A stretch of DNA of 64,000 nt from assembly GCA_965224065.1 (NCBI GenBank), contig CBDCYF010000005.1, positions 2,006,695 to 2,070,694 on the forward strand. The letters run 5' to 3'. This document shows, piece after piece, positions 44,856-54,799 of the stretch. The translations under genes and the position numbers were made by a program. Source of the DNA: Candidatus Multivoradales bacterium. GTDB lineage: Bacteria > Acidobacteriota > Thermoanaerobaculia > Multivoradales > JAHEKO01. How positions within the stretch are numbered: position 1 is the stretch's first letter; every line of letters starts with the position of its first letter. The notes beneath the pieces are model-generated. The model was given only the letters and a program-made list of their open reading frames with translations, was not told the DNA's origin and made no database searches.

Positions 44856-45724
44856 GATCTCAACGACACGGCCCACGCCGAAGGAAGCCACCTCGGATCG
44901 AAGACAAACAGGTGAGCCAGGATCATTCCCAACGTGAGGTCCGCGAAGTCCACCACGAGGGCAATCCCGAGATGCATCACCAGCATCCACACCCACGCAA
45001 TCCGTCGGCCGGCCCGAAAAAGAGCAAGCGGCAAGGCCGCCAGCTCGCCCACCAGCGCGAACCAGGTCATCCCGGCGAGTATTGGGGCGGGCAAGCCCAC
45101 TAGCAGGTCGCGCACAAACCAGTCGCGAGCCAGCGGATTGGTAACCAGCATCGCCATTGCCTCACCGTTGAGCCAGGATGGCGCGGTCAACTTCATCACG
45201 CCGCTGTACGTATAGCCTGCCATCAGCGCGACAAACCCGGCGCGCCAGAGCCAGCGCGGCATCTGCCAAGATTCTCTGGGTCGACAGTGGCCCGGTGAAA
45301 GACCTTCGCCGGGTGGAACCAGCGCCACGAGCACCAAGAGAAGGCCCACATAGGGCAGTGCGGGGTTGGCAATCAGCAGGTTGCGGTTAAAAAGACACGT
45401 CCAGCCGTACCACAGCACAAGCGCGGTCACCGGACGCCAGTAACCCGCTGCGAACACCAGGGCGAGGAGACAAAGCAGCACCAAGGCCGCCTGGATCACT
45501 CCCGGCCCGTCCAGCACGGCAAGAAGGTTCGGGAACAGTCCGTGGATCGGGCTGACCGAGGGATCGGGGTAGACACCACGGTCGCTGAAAAGCTCGCTCC
45601 CCCACGGCACGAGGTGGGCGAAATGAACCGCCAGATAGAGACCCAGCAGCCAGCGAAACAACGCGAATTGATAGGCCGATTGTGGGACGGGAGCGCTCAC
45701 GAACATTCCGGCCGGAGTACCCAT
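44852..45724 (-). CDS. HTTM-domain membrane protein (vitamin-K-dependent gamma-carboxylase-like)
   Basis: A multi-TM protein whose N-terminal FRWLLGLYLAVHF region matches HTTM-domain proteins. I chose the start at the internal ATG (MGTPAGMF), which has a GGAG RBS. Confidence 0.6.
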   Translation of the reverse strand: MGTPAGMFVSAPVPQSAYQFALFRWLLGLYLAVHFAHLVPWGSELFSDRGVYPDPSVSPIHGLFPNLLAVLDGPGVIQAALVLLCLLALVFAAGYWRPVTALVLWYGWTCLFNRNLLIANPALPYVGLLLVLVALVPPGEGLSPGHCRPRESWQMPRWLWRAGFVALMAGYTYSGVMKLTAPSWLNGEAMAMLVTNPLARDWFVRDLLVGLPAPILAGMTWFALVGELAALPLALFRAGRRIAWVWMLVMHLGIALVVDFADLTLGMILAHLFVFDPRWLPSAWAVSLRS

Positions 45725-46176
45725 CGGTCGCTCCGTCCGCGGGTACGCGTAACGATCTCGACGGCAAGGTCCTCGGTTCGAGCCGGCAGGCCCAGCTCGC
45801 GGCGAAGTGGCCCGTCCGACGTCAGGCCATAGCAGTACACCGGTTGCCAAAGCTCCTCGGAGAGGCGTGGCGCATAGGCCAGTGCCGCTCCATAGACGTT
45901 CCGCCGGTTGTACGGACCCTTCAGGCGCGAGTAGACCTCCGGCGTGATCTCCAACCGTTTCTCATCGTTCTCGTCGCGCCAGACAAACGCGAAGCTCGAC
46001 GAGAAGGTCTCCAGACCCTCGACGTCGCTGAACACTTTTGGCCTCGGAGAGACACCCCAGGCCGCCGCGACACCCACCAACGGCCGCCATCCCGCGACGT
46101 CTCCGATCATCTGGGCCAACGCTACGACCAGCAGCGCTATGCCAGCCAGGTCACGCCAGCTCGTTTCAGACTTCAC
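45697..46176 (-). CDS. Membrane-anchored protein of unknown function (GTG start)
   Basis: The ORF has high GC3 bias and a single N-terminal TM helix (LAGIALLVVALAQMIG). It is bracketed by the HTTM and hydroxylase genes on the same strand. Boundaries are uncertain. Confidence 0.35.
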   Translation of the reverse strand: MKSETSWRDLAGIALLVVALAQMIGDVAGWRPLVGVAAAWGVSPRPKVFSDVEGLETFSSSFAFVWRDENDEKRLEITPEVYSRLKGPYNRRNVYGAALAYAPRLSEELWQPVYCYGLTSDGPLRRELGLPARTEDLAVEIVTRTRGRSDRWVLRPECS

Positions 46177-46993
46177 GGCGCGCTTCTCTTTCCCGAGATT
46201 CCTGACATGCCCAGCGTTTGGAACAACCGATGCAGGTCGGCAGAAAATGCAGTGGTGGGCGGCCGTCGGCACGCTTGCCGTTGACGTTGCGAAACACCAG
46301 CATGTCCTCGAACCGGTCCTCACGCCACGAGTCAAAGCCACAAAGCCGAGGGGATCGCCGGGCGTTCGCAAACGTCCCGAACATCATGTCGAAGACCGGC
46401 AGGTCGGCGAAGTTGTTGGTGTGGAAGCGGTACTTGTGATGGATACGGTGCGACTCCGGCCGCTGGATCAAATAACCGACCCAGTACGGCGTACGGATGT
46501 TCCAGTGGTAGAAAAACTCAGCCAGGGCGGTCATCAACGTGTACCAGGCCCCCGCTTGGATACCGCACCCGAGCAGGGTGTAGACAATCGCCGAGCTGAG
46601 AATCGAATTCGCCCAGATCTCCACCGGGTGTTTATAAAAAGACGTTAAGAGCTCGATGCGCCTGGGCGAGTGGTGCAGTTGATGAAAGACGTTCCAGACC
46701 CATCGCGATTCGTGACGCAGCCGGTGCCACCAGTAGTAGACAAACGTCGAGACGAGATAGGCGACAAGTGCCTGCGGGATGACACCGAGCCGCTCTTCCA
46801 GATGGAACAACGACGCTCGATCGAGCCACCGATCCCACGTCAGACCCGCCAGTAGAACGATCCCAAGCTGGACGAGATTGACGACGATGACTCGTGGGTA
46901 CCAAGCTCGAATCTTGGGAAGATCGTTGGCGGGCCAAAGCCGTTCGGTCACCCAGCAGCCGGCCGCGACGAGGATGACGAGCACGAGCGTCAT
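46166..46993 (-). CDS. Fatty-acid hydroxylase superfamily di-iron membrane enzyme (sterol desaturase/C-5 sterol desaturase family)
   Basis: Three histidine boxes, HRLRH, HQLHH and HRIHH, are present, in a 4-TM topology. Confidence 0.75.
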   Translation of the reverse strand: MTLVLVILVAAGCWVTERLWPANDLPKIRAWYPRVIVVNLVQLGIVLLAGLTWDRWLDRASLFHLEERLGVIPQALVAYLVSTFVYYWWHRLRHESRWVWNVFHQLHHSPRRIELLTSFYKHPVEIWANSILSSAIVYTLLGCGIQAGAWYTLMTALAEFFYHWNIRTPYWVGYLIQRPESHRIHHKYRFHTNNFADLPVFDMMFGTFANARRSPRLCGFDSWREDRFEDMLVFRNVNGKRADGRPPLHFLPTCIGCSKRWACQESREREARREV

Positions 46994-47093
46994 CTCGGCC
47001 GCTCTCTACAAAGAGACGCTCGTATACTGCGAGCCGGGACGATACGAGACACCGCACCCACAATATCGCGACCCCCAAACAAACGCGCTGTCG

Positions 47094-47966
47094 ATGAAGA
47101 AGGAACCGAGCATAGGCGAGCTCCGCACGGTGCTCGAAATGATCAAGTTCGAGCACACGCTCTTTGCGCTGCCGTTTGCGTTTCTGGGGATGCTCTTGGC
47201 AGCCGGCGGATGGCCCTCCTGGCGCGTGGTCGGTTGGATCGTGGTGGCGATGGTGGGGGCCCGGAGCGCGGCCATGGGGTTCAACCGGCTGGCCGATCGC
47301 CGGATCGACGCCACCAATCCCCGCACCGCCGACCGTGCCCTGCCCACCGGCCGCGTCAGCGCTCCCTTTGTTGCGGTGTTTGTCGCCGCCAGCGCCGGGC
47401 TTTTGATCCTGGCGGCGTGGCAACTCAACCCGCTGGCGCTCAAACTCTCGCCGCTCGCCCTGGCGATCGTGTTTTTCTATTCCTACACCAAGCGCTTTAC
47501 CCCGCTGTCGCATCTGGTCCTCGGTCTGGCCATCGCCGGCGCGCCGCTGGGCGCGTGGATCGCGGTCCGTGGCGACGTCACGCCCACTCCTCTGGTGCTC
47601 GCCGGAGCGGTCCTGCTCTGGGTCGCGGGGTTCGACGTCCTGTACGCGCTCCAGGACCGCGAGCACGATGTGCGCTCGGGGCTTCATTCGATCCCGGCAC
47701 GCCTGGGCGAGCGAGGGGCGCTGTGGGTCTCGGCGCTCTTCCACGCCGGGATGCTGGCGCTGCTCTGCCTCATACCGTGCATCTATCCGGCCCTCGGCGC
47801 CTGGTACTGGGTCGGAGTGGCGGGCTGCGCGGCGCTGCTCGTCTACCAGCACTGGATCGTCCGCCCGGGAGACCTGTCGAGACTCGACGCGGCGTTTTTC
47901 CGCGCCAACGGGATCCTCGCGCTGTGGCTTTTTGCCGCGACCGCGATCGATCTGTGGCGGGCATGA
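47094..47966 (+). CDS. UbiA-superfamily aromatic prenyltransferase (UbiA/MenA/MqnP-like)
   Basis: NRLADRRIDA is the first Asp-rich motif. The second, DVLYALQDREHD, is present, with ~8 TM helices. I chose the ATG at 47094 inside the longer ORF. Confidence 0.8.
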   Translation: MKKEPSIGELRTVLEMIKFEHTLFALPFAFLGMLLAAGGWPSWRVVGWIVVAMVGARSAAMGFNRLADRRIDATNPRTADRALPTGRVSAPFVAVFVAASAGLLILAAWQLNPLALKLSPLALAIVFFYSYTKRFTPLSHLVLGLAIAGAPLGAWIAVRGDVTPTPLVLAGAVLLWVAGFDVLYALQDREHDVRSGLHSIPARLGERGALWVSALFHAGMLALLCLIPCIYPALGAWYWVGVAGCAALLVYQHWIVRPGDLSRLDAAFFRANGILALWLFAATAIDLWRA

Positions 47967-49552
47967 GCCGCACCCCGCCCCACGCCGCTACCGAGCAGGG
48001 CCGCTACGAAGGGTCCTGGACCGACGGTGTAGCGGTCTTCCGCGGCATCCGTTTCGCCACGGCGCCGACAGGACCGCTTCGCTGGGCGCCGCCGGTCGCA
48101 CCGGAACCGTTCGCCGGAACCAAGGGGGCCGTCGAGTTCGGCCCCGCTTGCCCGCAGACTCCGGATTGGGACGCGCCCAACCGAGCGGCCGCCCGGGCCG
48201 CGGGCGTCGACCCCGCCCGCGTCGCCATGGAGGCGGGCTCGACCGGCGAGGACTGTCTGTCTCTCAACATCTGGACGCAGGCGCCCGATGACGGCCGCCG
48301 CCCGGTGATGGTGTGGATCCACGGCGGGGCTTCGAGCTGGGGCTCGGGGTCGGCGGCGCTCTTCGACGGCTCCCGGCTGGCCGCCGAACATGACGTCGTG
48401 GTAGCGACCATCAACTACCGTCTCGGCGCGCTCGGTTTCCTCGCCCACCCCGAACTCGCCCAGGAGAGCCCTCTGTCGACCGCCGGCAACTACGGCTTTC
48501 TCGACCAGGTGCAAGCCCTTCGTTGGGTGCGGGCCAACATCGCCGGGTTCGGCGGCGACCCGGCCGCGGTCACCGTCTTTGGCGAGTCGGCCGGCGGCCG
48601 GAGCGTGTTCGAGCTGCTCGCCCACCCGCCCGCCCGCGGACTCTTCCACCGCGCCATTGCCCAAAGCCCGTGGGAGGAGATCCACCACAGTCGCCGGCTC
48701 GGCGAGCCGTACGCGGGCGTCGAGTCCGCCTTCGACCTGGGCGAACGGCTGGTGGGCGAACTGGGTCTCGGCCGAGACCGGGTGGTCGAGCGGCTGCGCT
48801 CGGTCCCGGCCAACGAGCTCGTCGAGGCGTCGCTGCCGCTGGGCAATCCCGGCACGACGTGGGGACCGGTGGTCGACGGCACGGTCTTCCAAGACAACCC
48901 GCTCGCCACCCTCTTGCGCGGCGAGGGTCACCGGGTACCCTTGATGCTCGGGTTCAACCGAGACGAGGGTACGATCTTTTTTCTCGACCCGGATTTCCCC
49001 CTTCTGGACCCCGGACGCTATGGCGACTATGTCCGGGGCCTTTGTGGCGACGCGGCGGCCGAGGTCCTCGGCCGCTACCCCGGCTCGGACGATCGGGTGG
49101 CAGCCCACCGGTCGTTCTCGGAGCTCTACGGCGACCGGGTGTTTTCGCTGCCCTCGGTCGCCGCCGCCAACCGGATGGGCGCCTCGCACCCGGTCTATCT
49201 GTATCGCTTCTGCCACGCTCACCCGCCCCTGTCGGCCGCCCAGGACGGCCGCCGGATCGGTTGTTTCCACGGCTCCGAGATCCCCCTCCTTTTTGGCACG
49301 ACGGCCGAGGCCTTCGACCCGGCCGACGAGCCGTTGGGCGCGACGATGCGGGCACAGTGGGCCCGCTTTGCGCGCTCCGGCTCGCCCAACGGCGAGGACC
49401 TTCCGGTGTGGCCGCGGTACGAAGCGGACGGGGGCACGTATCTAGAGCTGGACGAGGAGATCCGCACGGCGAGAGACCCTCTGGACGGTCGGTATTCCCT
49501 TTTGGCCGCCGAACTCGAGGGGAGGCTCGGCCTTCGGACCGGAGCTCTCTAG
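47963..49552 (+). CDS. Type-B carboxylesterase (para-nitrobenzyl esterase-like)
   Basis: EDCLSLNIW carries the oxyanion-region Cys, the catalytic-Ser motif is GESAGG, and the C-terminal FxxSEIPLLFG motif is present. Its start overlaps the UbiA stop (ATGA). Confidence 0.85.
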   Translation: MSRTPPHAATEQGRYEGSWTDGVAVFRGIRFATAPTGPLRWAPPVAPEPFAGTKGAVEFGPACPQTPDWDAPNRAAARAAGVDPARVAMEAGSTGEDCLSLNIWTQAPDDGRRPVMVWIHGGASSWGSGSAALFDGSRLAAEHDVVVATINYRLGALGFLAHPELAQESPLSTAGNYGFLDQVQALRWVRANIAGFGGDPAAVTVFGESAGGRSVFELLAHPPARGLFHRAIAQSPWEEIHHSRRLGEPYAGVESAFDLGERLVGELGLGRDRVVERLRSVPANELVEASLPLGNPGTTWGPVVDGTVFQDNPLATLLRGEGHRVPLMLGFNRDEGTIFFLDPDFPLLDPGRYGDYVRGLCGDAAAEVLGRYPGSDDRVAAHRSFSELYGDRVFSLPSVAAANRMGASHPVYLYRFCHAHPPLSAAQDGRRIGCFHGSEIPLLFGTTAEAFDPADEPLGATMRAQWARFARSGSPNGEDLPVWPRYEADGGTYLELDEEIRTARDPLDGRYSLLAAELEGRLGLRTGAL

Positions 49553-49634
49553 GGGCTCCAAAAGCGCAAAAAATTGCGGTCGGCTGTCAGAAACACGGCG
49601 CGAGCGGCATATTTAGGGCGAGGAGGCCCTACAC

Positions 49635-49862
49635 GTGCTACTCGACAACGTCGTTTCCTGGTTGTTGATCAGTCTGGTGACCGTAGCGACCCTGACCTTG
49701 GGCGCCGCCGTCGCCCGCCTGGTCTTTCCCGAGCTGCGCCCTCTTCGACTGGACCGGTCGGAAAGCAGCGCGCTGGTTCAGGCCCTCGTCATTGTTGGCG
49801 CGGCCCTGCTGGCGCTGACGTTTGTCGTGTTCGCGCTCCGCTCCTTCGCGGCGGGCCTCTGA
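49635..49862 (+). CDS. Small two-TM membrane protein (75 aa), GTG start with AGGAGG RBS
   Basis: A perfect AGGAGG sits 8 nt upstream of the GTG. Two hydrophobic helices flank a charged loop, which reads [13 protein letters not shown]. Confidence 0.4.
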   Translation: MLLDNVVSWLLISLVTVATLTLGAAVARLVFPELRPLRLDRSESSALVQALVIVGAALLALTFVVFALRSFAAGL

Positions 49863-49975
49863 GCCCAGGGGCTCGCTGAAGGACTCCAGCCAAGCGCGTA
49901 CTCTTCCCCATCCACGCCGAAAACTCCGGGGGTATGATCCGCTCGCCCGACGGGCTGACGCGCCCGGAGTCACCC

Positions 49976-51838
49976 ATGGCCACTCCACCCCCCGAAGAGC
50001 TCAGAGAAGATCTGAGGACCGATCTCCGAGGCGATCTCAGAAACTTGGCGATCATCGCCCACGTCGACCACGGCAAGACGACCCTGGTCGACGCGATGCT
50101 GTGGCAGAGCGGGATCTTCCGTTCCAACGAAGAGGTGCAGACGCGGGTGATGGACTCCAACGACCTGGAGCGCGAAAAGGGCATCACGATCCTCGCCAAG
50201 AACACCGCGGTCGAATACCAAGGCGTCCACATCAACATCGTGGACACCCCCGGCCACGCCGATTTCGGCGCCGAGGTCGAACGAACGCTCAAGCTGGTCG
50301 ACGGTGTCCTGTTGCTGGTCGACGCCAGCGAAGGCCCGCTGCCGCAGACGCGATTCGTGCTGCGCAAGGCGCTCGACGATGCTCTCGAGCCCATCGTGGT
50401 GATCAACAAGATCGATCGCCCGGACGCCCGCGCCGACGAGGTGCTCAACGAGATCTACGATCTCTTTATCGATCTCGACGCCGAGCCCGAGCAACTCGAG
50501 TTTCCGGTGCTCTATGCCAACGCTAAGGCCGGCACCTGCCGCACCGAGCCCGACGGTGAGGACCACGACCTCCGGCCGCTCTTCGACCAGATCCTCGAGA
50601 CGGTTCCCGCTCCACGCCACCATCCCGGCGCGCCGCTCCAGATGCTGGTCACGACCCTCGACTACGACGACTATGTCGGCCGCCTGGCGATCGGGCGGGT
50701 GTGCGAAGGGACTCTGCGCAAGGGCGAGACCGTCGCCCGGTGCCGCCTCGACGGCGCGACCGAGACCGCGACGGTTACCAAGCTCTACGGCTTCCGGGAC
50801 CTCAAAAGACACGAGATCGAACGGGCGGGCGCCGGTGAGATCGTCGCCGTCGCGGGTCTCGATGAGATCGCGATCGGCGAGACCCTGTCCGATCCCGACG
50901 ACCCGCAGCCGCTCCCGCCGATCCACGTCGACGAGCCGACGCTCGCGATGAGTTTTTCGATCAACGATTCGCCGCTCGCCGGCACCGCGGGCACCGGCGG
51001 CAAGTTCCTGACCATGCGTCATCTGCGGGACCGGCTCCACCGCGAGACGCTGACCAACGTGGCCCTTCGGGTCGAAGAGGCCCAGAAATCCCAAACAGCG
51101 GCAAACGAGATTCAGGTGGTCGGCCGGGGCGAGCTGCAGCTCGCGATCCTGATCGAGACCATGCGCCGTGAGGGCTACGAGTTCTCGGTCGGCCGCCCGC
51201 GGGTGCTCACCCGGACCGACAACGGCGCCGTGCTCGAGCCGATGGAGCTTCTGAGCGTCGATTGCCCCGAAGAGTTCATCGGCGCGGTCACCCAGAAGCT
51301 CGGCCCGCGCAAGGGGCGGATGAACAAGATGGTCAATCACGGCGGCGGCCGCGTCAGGATGGAGTTCTCGATCCCGGCACGCGGGCTGGTCGGCTTTCGT
51401 TCCGAGTTTCTGACCGAGACCCGCGGCACCGGCCTCTTGAACCATCTCTTCGATGGTTACGGCCCGTGGCAAGGCGACATCCCAAAACGCGCCAACGGCG
51501 CCCTGCTCGCCGACCGCGCCGGCAAGGTGACGTCCTTTGCGGTGGACCACCTCCAGGCGCGAGGCGTCTTTTTTGTCGCGCCCGGTGACGAGGTCTACGA
51601 GGGCATGATCGTCGGCGAGCACTGCCGGCCCCAGGATCTCGACGTCAACATCACCAAGGAGAAAAAGCTCACCAACATGCGCGCCGCCTCGGCCGACGAC
51701 TTTGTGCGCCTAGTGCCGCCGCGCGTCCTCAGCCTCGAGCAGGCGATCGAGTTCCTGGACGACGACGAGCTGCTCGAGGTGACGCCAAAGATCTTCCGCC
51801 TGCGGCACCGAACGCTGGCGGCCAACCGCAGAAAATAG
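49976..51838 (+). CDS. typA: Translational GTPase TypA/BipA
   Basis: G1 [10 protein letters not shown]3 DTPGH and G4 NKID are present, with the BipA-specific C-terminal domain. I chose the start at the ATG with a GGAG RBS (an alternative lies at 49934). Confidence 0.9.
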   Translation: MATPPPEELREDLRTDLRGDLRNLAIIAHVDHGKTTLVDAMLWQSGIFRSNEEVQTRVMDSNDLEREKGITILAKNTAVEYQGVHINIVDTPGHADFGAEVERTLKLVDGVLLLVDASEGPLPQTRFVLRKALDDALEPIVVINKIDRPDARADEVLNEIYDLFIDLDAEPEQLEFPVLYANAKAGTCRTEPDGEDHDLRPLFDQILETVPAPRHHPGAPLQMLVTTLDYDDYVGRLAIGRVCEGTLRKGETVARCRLDGATETATVTKLYGFRDLKRHEIERAGAGEIVAVAGLDEIAIGETLSDPDDPQPLPPIHVDEPTLAMSFSINDSPLAGTAGTGGKFLTMRHLRDRLHRETLTNVALRVEEAQKSQTAANEIQVVGRGELQLAILIETMRREGYEFSVGRPRVLTRTDNGAVLEPMELLSVDCPEEFIGAVTQKLGPRKGRMNKMVNHGGGRVRMEFSIPARGLVGFRSEFLTETRGTGLLNHLFDGYGPWQGDIPKRANGALLADRAGKVTSFAVDHLQARGVFFVAPGDEVYEGMIVGEHCRPQDLDVNITKEKKLTNMRAASADDFVRLVPPRVLSLEQAIEFLDDDELLEVTPKIFRLRHRTLAANRRK

Positions 51839-51921
51839 TCGCCCGCGGAGCCCACGGCCCCGGATTTCGCCGGTTCGCGGCGGGATATACTCACGGCCCC
51901 GGAAGCGCTCGAAGAGCGAGA

Positions 51922-53058
51922 ATGACGACGCGGAAGCCCATGATCCAGCCCGAGCGATTCCCCGAGGAGCTCCGCGGCCTGGCCCGCAAGGTCCGCGACG
52001 GCGCGCGTCTCTCGGGCGACGACGCGCTGCTCTGTTTCACCACGCCCCACCTGCTCCACCTGGGGCGGCTGGCGGATTCGGTGCGCCGGGGTCGGCACGG
52101 CAACACGGCCTACTTCAACATCAACCGCCACATCAATCCGACCAACATCTGTGTCTACACCTACGACTGCAAGTTCTGCAGCTTTGCGGCGCTGCCGGGA
52201 GAAGACCACGCCTGGAAGATGACCCACGAGGAGGTCTACGAGCACGCCGCCAAACAGGGGGGCGACCGGGTCACCGAGTTCCACATCGTCGGCGGGCTCC
52301 ACCCCGAGCTGTCGCTCGACTGGTATCTCGAGATGATGCGGGGCCTGAAGGAGCGGTTCCCCAGCGTCCACCTCAAGGCGTTTACCGCGATCGAGATCGG
52401 CTGGTTCGCCCAGCACGAGAAGATCTCGATCCGGGAGGTGCTCGAGCGGCTGCGCGAGGCGGGTCTCGGCTCGCTACCCGGCGGTGGCGCCGAGATCTTC
52501 CACTCCGAGGTGCGCGAGATCATCTGCAACGGCAAACTCGATGCCGCGGAATGGATCGAGGTCCACCGCACCGCGCACCAGATGGGGATCCCCTCCAACG
52601 CCACAATGCTCTACGGGCACGTCGAGAAACCCGAGCACAAGGTCGACCACCTGCTGCGTCTGCGCGAGCTCCAGGACGACACCGGCGGCTTCAACACCTT
52701 TATCCCGCTGGCCTACCACCCCGAGAACAACTACATGGGGCTCGAGTACCACACCACCGGCACCGAGGACCTGCGGCACCTGGCCACCTCGCGTCTGGTG
52801 CTCGACAATTTCCCGCACATCAAGGCCTACTGGATCATGATCAGCCCCAAGCTGGCGCAGGTGGCGATGAGCTTTGGCGCCGACGATTTCGACGGCACCG
52901 TGGTCGAGGAGACGATCTACCACATGGCCGGTGCAGAGACCGAGCAGCATCTGACCCGCGCCGAGCTCGAGCGCATTCTGCGCGAGGCCGGATGCGTGCC
53001 GGTCGAGCGCGACACTCTCTACAACCCCCTCGAACGACCCGCGGCGGCGACCGCATAA
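51922..53058 (+). CDS. Radical-SAM enzyme of the futalosine menaquinone pathway (MqnE aminofutalosine synthase / MqnC cyclic DHFL synthase family)
   Basis: CVYTYDCKFCSFA matches the Cx5CxxC cluster typical of MqnC/MqnE. The length and the conserved YGH and IPLAYHPEN regions also fit. Confidence 0.75.
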   Translation: MTTRKPMIQPERFPEELRGLARKVRDGARLSGDDALLCFTTPHLLHLGRLADSVRRGRHGNTAYFNINRHINPTNICVYTYDCKFCSFAALPGEDHAWKMTHEEVYEHAAKQGGDRVTEFHIVGGLHPELSLDWYLEMMRGLKERFPSVHLKAFTAIEIGWFAQHEKISIREVLERLREAGLGSLPGGGAEIFHSEVREIICNGKLDAAEWIEVHRTAHQMGIPSNATMLYGHVEKPEHKVDHLLRLRELQDDTGGFNTFIPLAYHPENNYMGLEYHTTGTEDLRHLATSRLVLDNFPHIKAYWIMISPKLAQVAMSFGADDFDGTVVEETIYHMAGAETEQHLTRAELERILREAGCVPVERDTLYNPLERPAAATA

Positions 53059-53065
53059 ACAGCCC

Positions 53066-53713
53066 GTGGCCGACCCTCTTCCCGTCAACTACATCGCGGT
53101 GGACGGCCCGATCGGGGTCGGCAAGACCACGCTGGTCGAGTTGCTGGCCGAGCGCTTCGACGGGGTCAAGATCTTAGAAGACGTCTCCAACCCGTTTCTG
53201 CCCTCGTTCTACGAAGACCGGCCCGGCTCCGCCTTCCAAACCGAACTCTATTTCCTGCTGTCGCGCTACAAACAGCAACAGGACATCGCCCAGCGCGAGC
53301 TCTTCGACCGTCTGCTGGTCGCCGACTACACCTTCCCGAAGAATCGAATCTTTGCGTACCTCAACTTGTCGGACGACGAGTTGATGCTTTTCGACAAGCT
53401 CTACACGCTGCTCGAGCCCAACCTGGCGGTGCCCGATCTGGTCATCTACCTGGTCGCCAATCTCGAGACCTGTATGCAGCGCATCGGGCGGCGCGATCGC
53501 ACGTTCGAGCGCGAGATGTCCGAGGACTACATGCGCGAGCTGATCGACGCCTACAACCACTACTACCACTACTACAACCGCTCTCCACTGATGGTCGTCG
53601 ACACCCGGGAGCTCAACTTCGCCGACCGGCCCGACGACTTCGACGACCTGGTGCAGCGGATCTCCAAGCCCATCAAGGGAACCCAGTACTACGTGCCGCT
53701 GGGCTCGCGCTGA
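53066..53713 (+). CDS. Deoxynucleoside kinase (dCK/dGK/dAK family)
   Basis: The P-loop DGPIGVGKTT is followed by ERF/xxSxxYxDRLF-type motifs and a LID region. Confidence 0.8.
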   Translation: MADPLPVNYIAVDGPIGVGKTTLVELLAERFDGVKILEDVSNPFLPSFYEDRPGSAFQTELYFLLSRYKQQQDIAQRELFDRLLVADYTFPKNRIFAYLNLSDDELMLFDKLYTLLEPNLAVPDLVIYLVANLETCMQRIGRRDRTFEREMSEDYMRELIDAYNHYYHYYNRSPLMVVDTRELNFADRPDDFDDLVQRISKPIKGTQYYVPLGSR

Positions 53714-53854
53714 AGCGGCCCGCTCAGAACTTGAAGCGGCCGTCGTCCCTGGCGGCCGGGTGGTGGTGTCGCGACTACGGCTGGCAGAGGCGCCAGCCGC
53801 TTCAAATTGGGTCACCCGCCCGGCGTTTGAAGCGGCCGCCGTCTCTGGCGGCCG
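53708..53854. repeat. Cluster of four REP-like palindromic elements (same family as 20117-20196), forming a BIME-like array between dNK and thiG
   Basis: A partial copy overlaps the dNK stop at 53708-53727. A variant, TTGAAGCGGCCGTCGTCCCTGGCGGCCG, lies at 53731-53758. An inverted copy, CGGCTGGCAGAGGCGCCAGCCGCTTCAA, lies at 53778-53805. An exact 28-mer copy lies at 53827-53854. Confidence 0.8.
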
Positions 53855-53942
53855 GGCCTCTTAGAGTAGAGGTAGGGGCGGGGCTTGCCCCCGCCCGAAC
53901 AACCGCAAAAATCACACGGTTCCCGGATACAATCCCCTTCCC

Positions 53943-54749
53943 ATGACCACCACCGCCCCAACCGACACGTCGCTCGCCGTCGAACCCCTGACGATCGCCG
54001 ACCGCACGTTTACGTCGCGGCTGATCCTCGGCACGGGCAAGTACGACGACTCAGAGACCATGCTCCGGGCCTTCGAGGCCTCGGGCACCGAGATGATCAC
54101 CGTGGCGCTCCGACGGGTGCCGCTCGACGAAATCGGCAAGGGCTCGCTGATCGATCAAATCGACCAGAAAAAGTTCCTGCTGCTGCCCAACACCGCCGGC
54201 TGCTATACCGCCGAAGACGCCGTGCGCACCGCCCGGCTGGCGCGTGAGCTGGGCGGCTGGAGCTGGGTCAAGCTCGAAGTCATCGGGGACGAAAAAACCC
54301 TGTTCCCCGACAACGTCGCGACCTTAGAAGCCGCCGAGACCCTCATTGCCGAGGGATTCACCGTCCTGCCTTACACCAGCGACGACCCGATCGTGTGCAA
54401 AAAACTCGAGGAGCTGGGTTGCGCCGCGGTCATGCCGCTGGCGGCACCGATCGGCTCCGGGATGGGGGTCCGCAACCCCGCCAACATCCGGATCATCGTC
54501 GAGCAGTCGGAGGTGCCGGTGATCGTCGACGCCGGGGTCGGCACGGCCTCCGACGCCGCCGTCGCCATGGAGCTCGGTGTCGACGGCGTGCTGATGAACA
54601 CCGGCGTCGCGGGCGCAAAAGACCCGGTGCGGATGGCACGCGCGATGAAGCTGGCGGTCGAAGGCGGGTGGCTCGCCGCCCACGCCGGCCGGATCCCGAA
54701 AAAACTCTACGCCACCGCTTCCTCGCCGCTCGAAGGCCTGATCGAGTAG
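53943..54749 (+). CDS. thiG: Thiazole synthase
   Basis: The ThiG TIM-barrel opens [12 protein letters not shown], the Schiff-base Lys lies in VKLEVIGD, and [13 protein letters not shown] is present. Confidence 0.9.
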   Translation: MTTTAPTDTSLAVEPLTIADRTFTSRLILGTGKYDDSETMLRAFEASGTEMITVALRRVPLDEIGKGSLIDQIDQKKFLLLPNTAGCYTAEDAVRTARLARELGGWSWVKLEVIGDEKTLFPDNVATLEAAETLIAEGFTVLPYTSDDPIVCKKLEELGCAAVMPLAAPIGSGMGVRNPANIRIIVEQSEVPVIVDAGVGTASDAAVAMELGVDGVLMNTGVAGAKDPVRMARAMKLAVEGGWLAAHAGRIPKKLYATASSPLEGLIE

Positions 54750-54772
54750 CGGCCCGTCGCCCGCAGTCGAGC

Positions 54773-54796
54773 GAAAAACGGGGAGGGGCGCCCCGC
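54773..54796 (-). terminator. Rho-independent terminator for the small minus-strand membrane-protein gene
   Basis: The palindrome CGGGGAGGGGCGCCCCG is followed, on the minus strand, by TTTTT (AAAAA on the plus strand at 54774-54778). Confidence 0.5.
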
Positions 54797-54799
54797 TTC

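Noticed and set aside
53868-53942. Possible TPP riboswitch upstream of thiG
   Set aside because: The region lacks the TPP-riboswitch consensus elements. It contains only a GC hairpin and REP elements.
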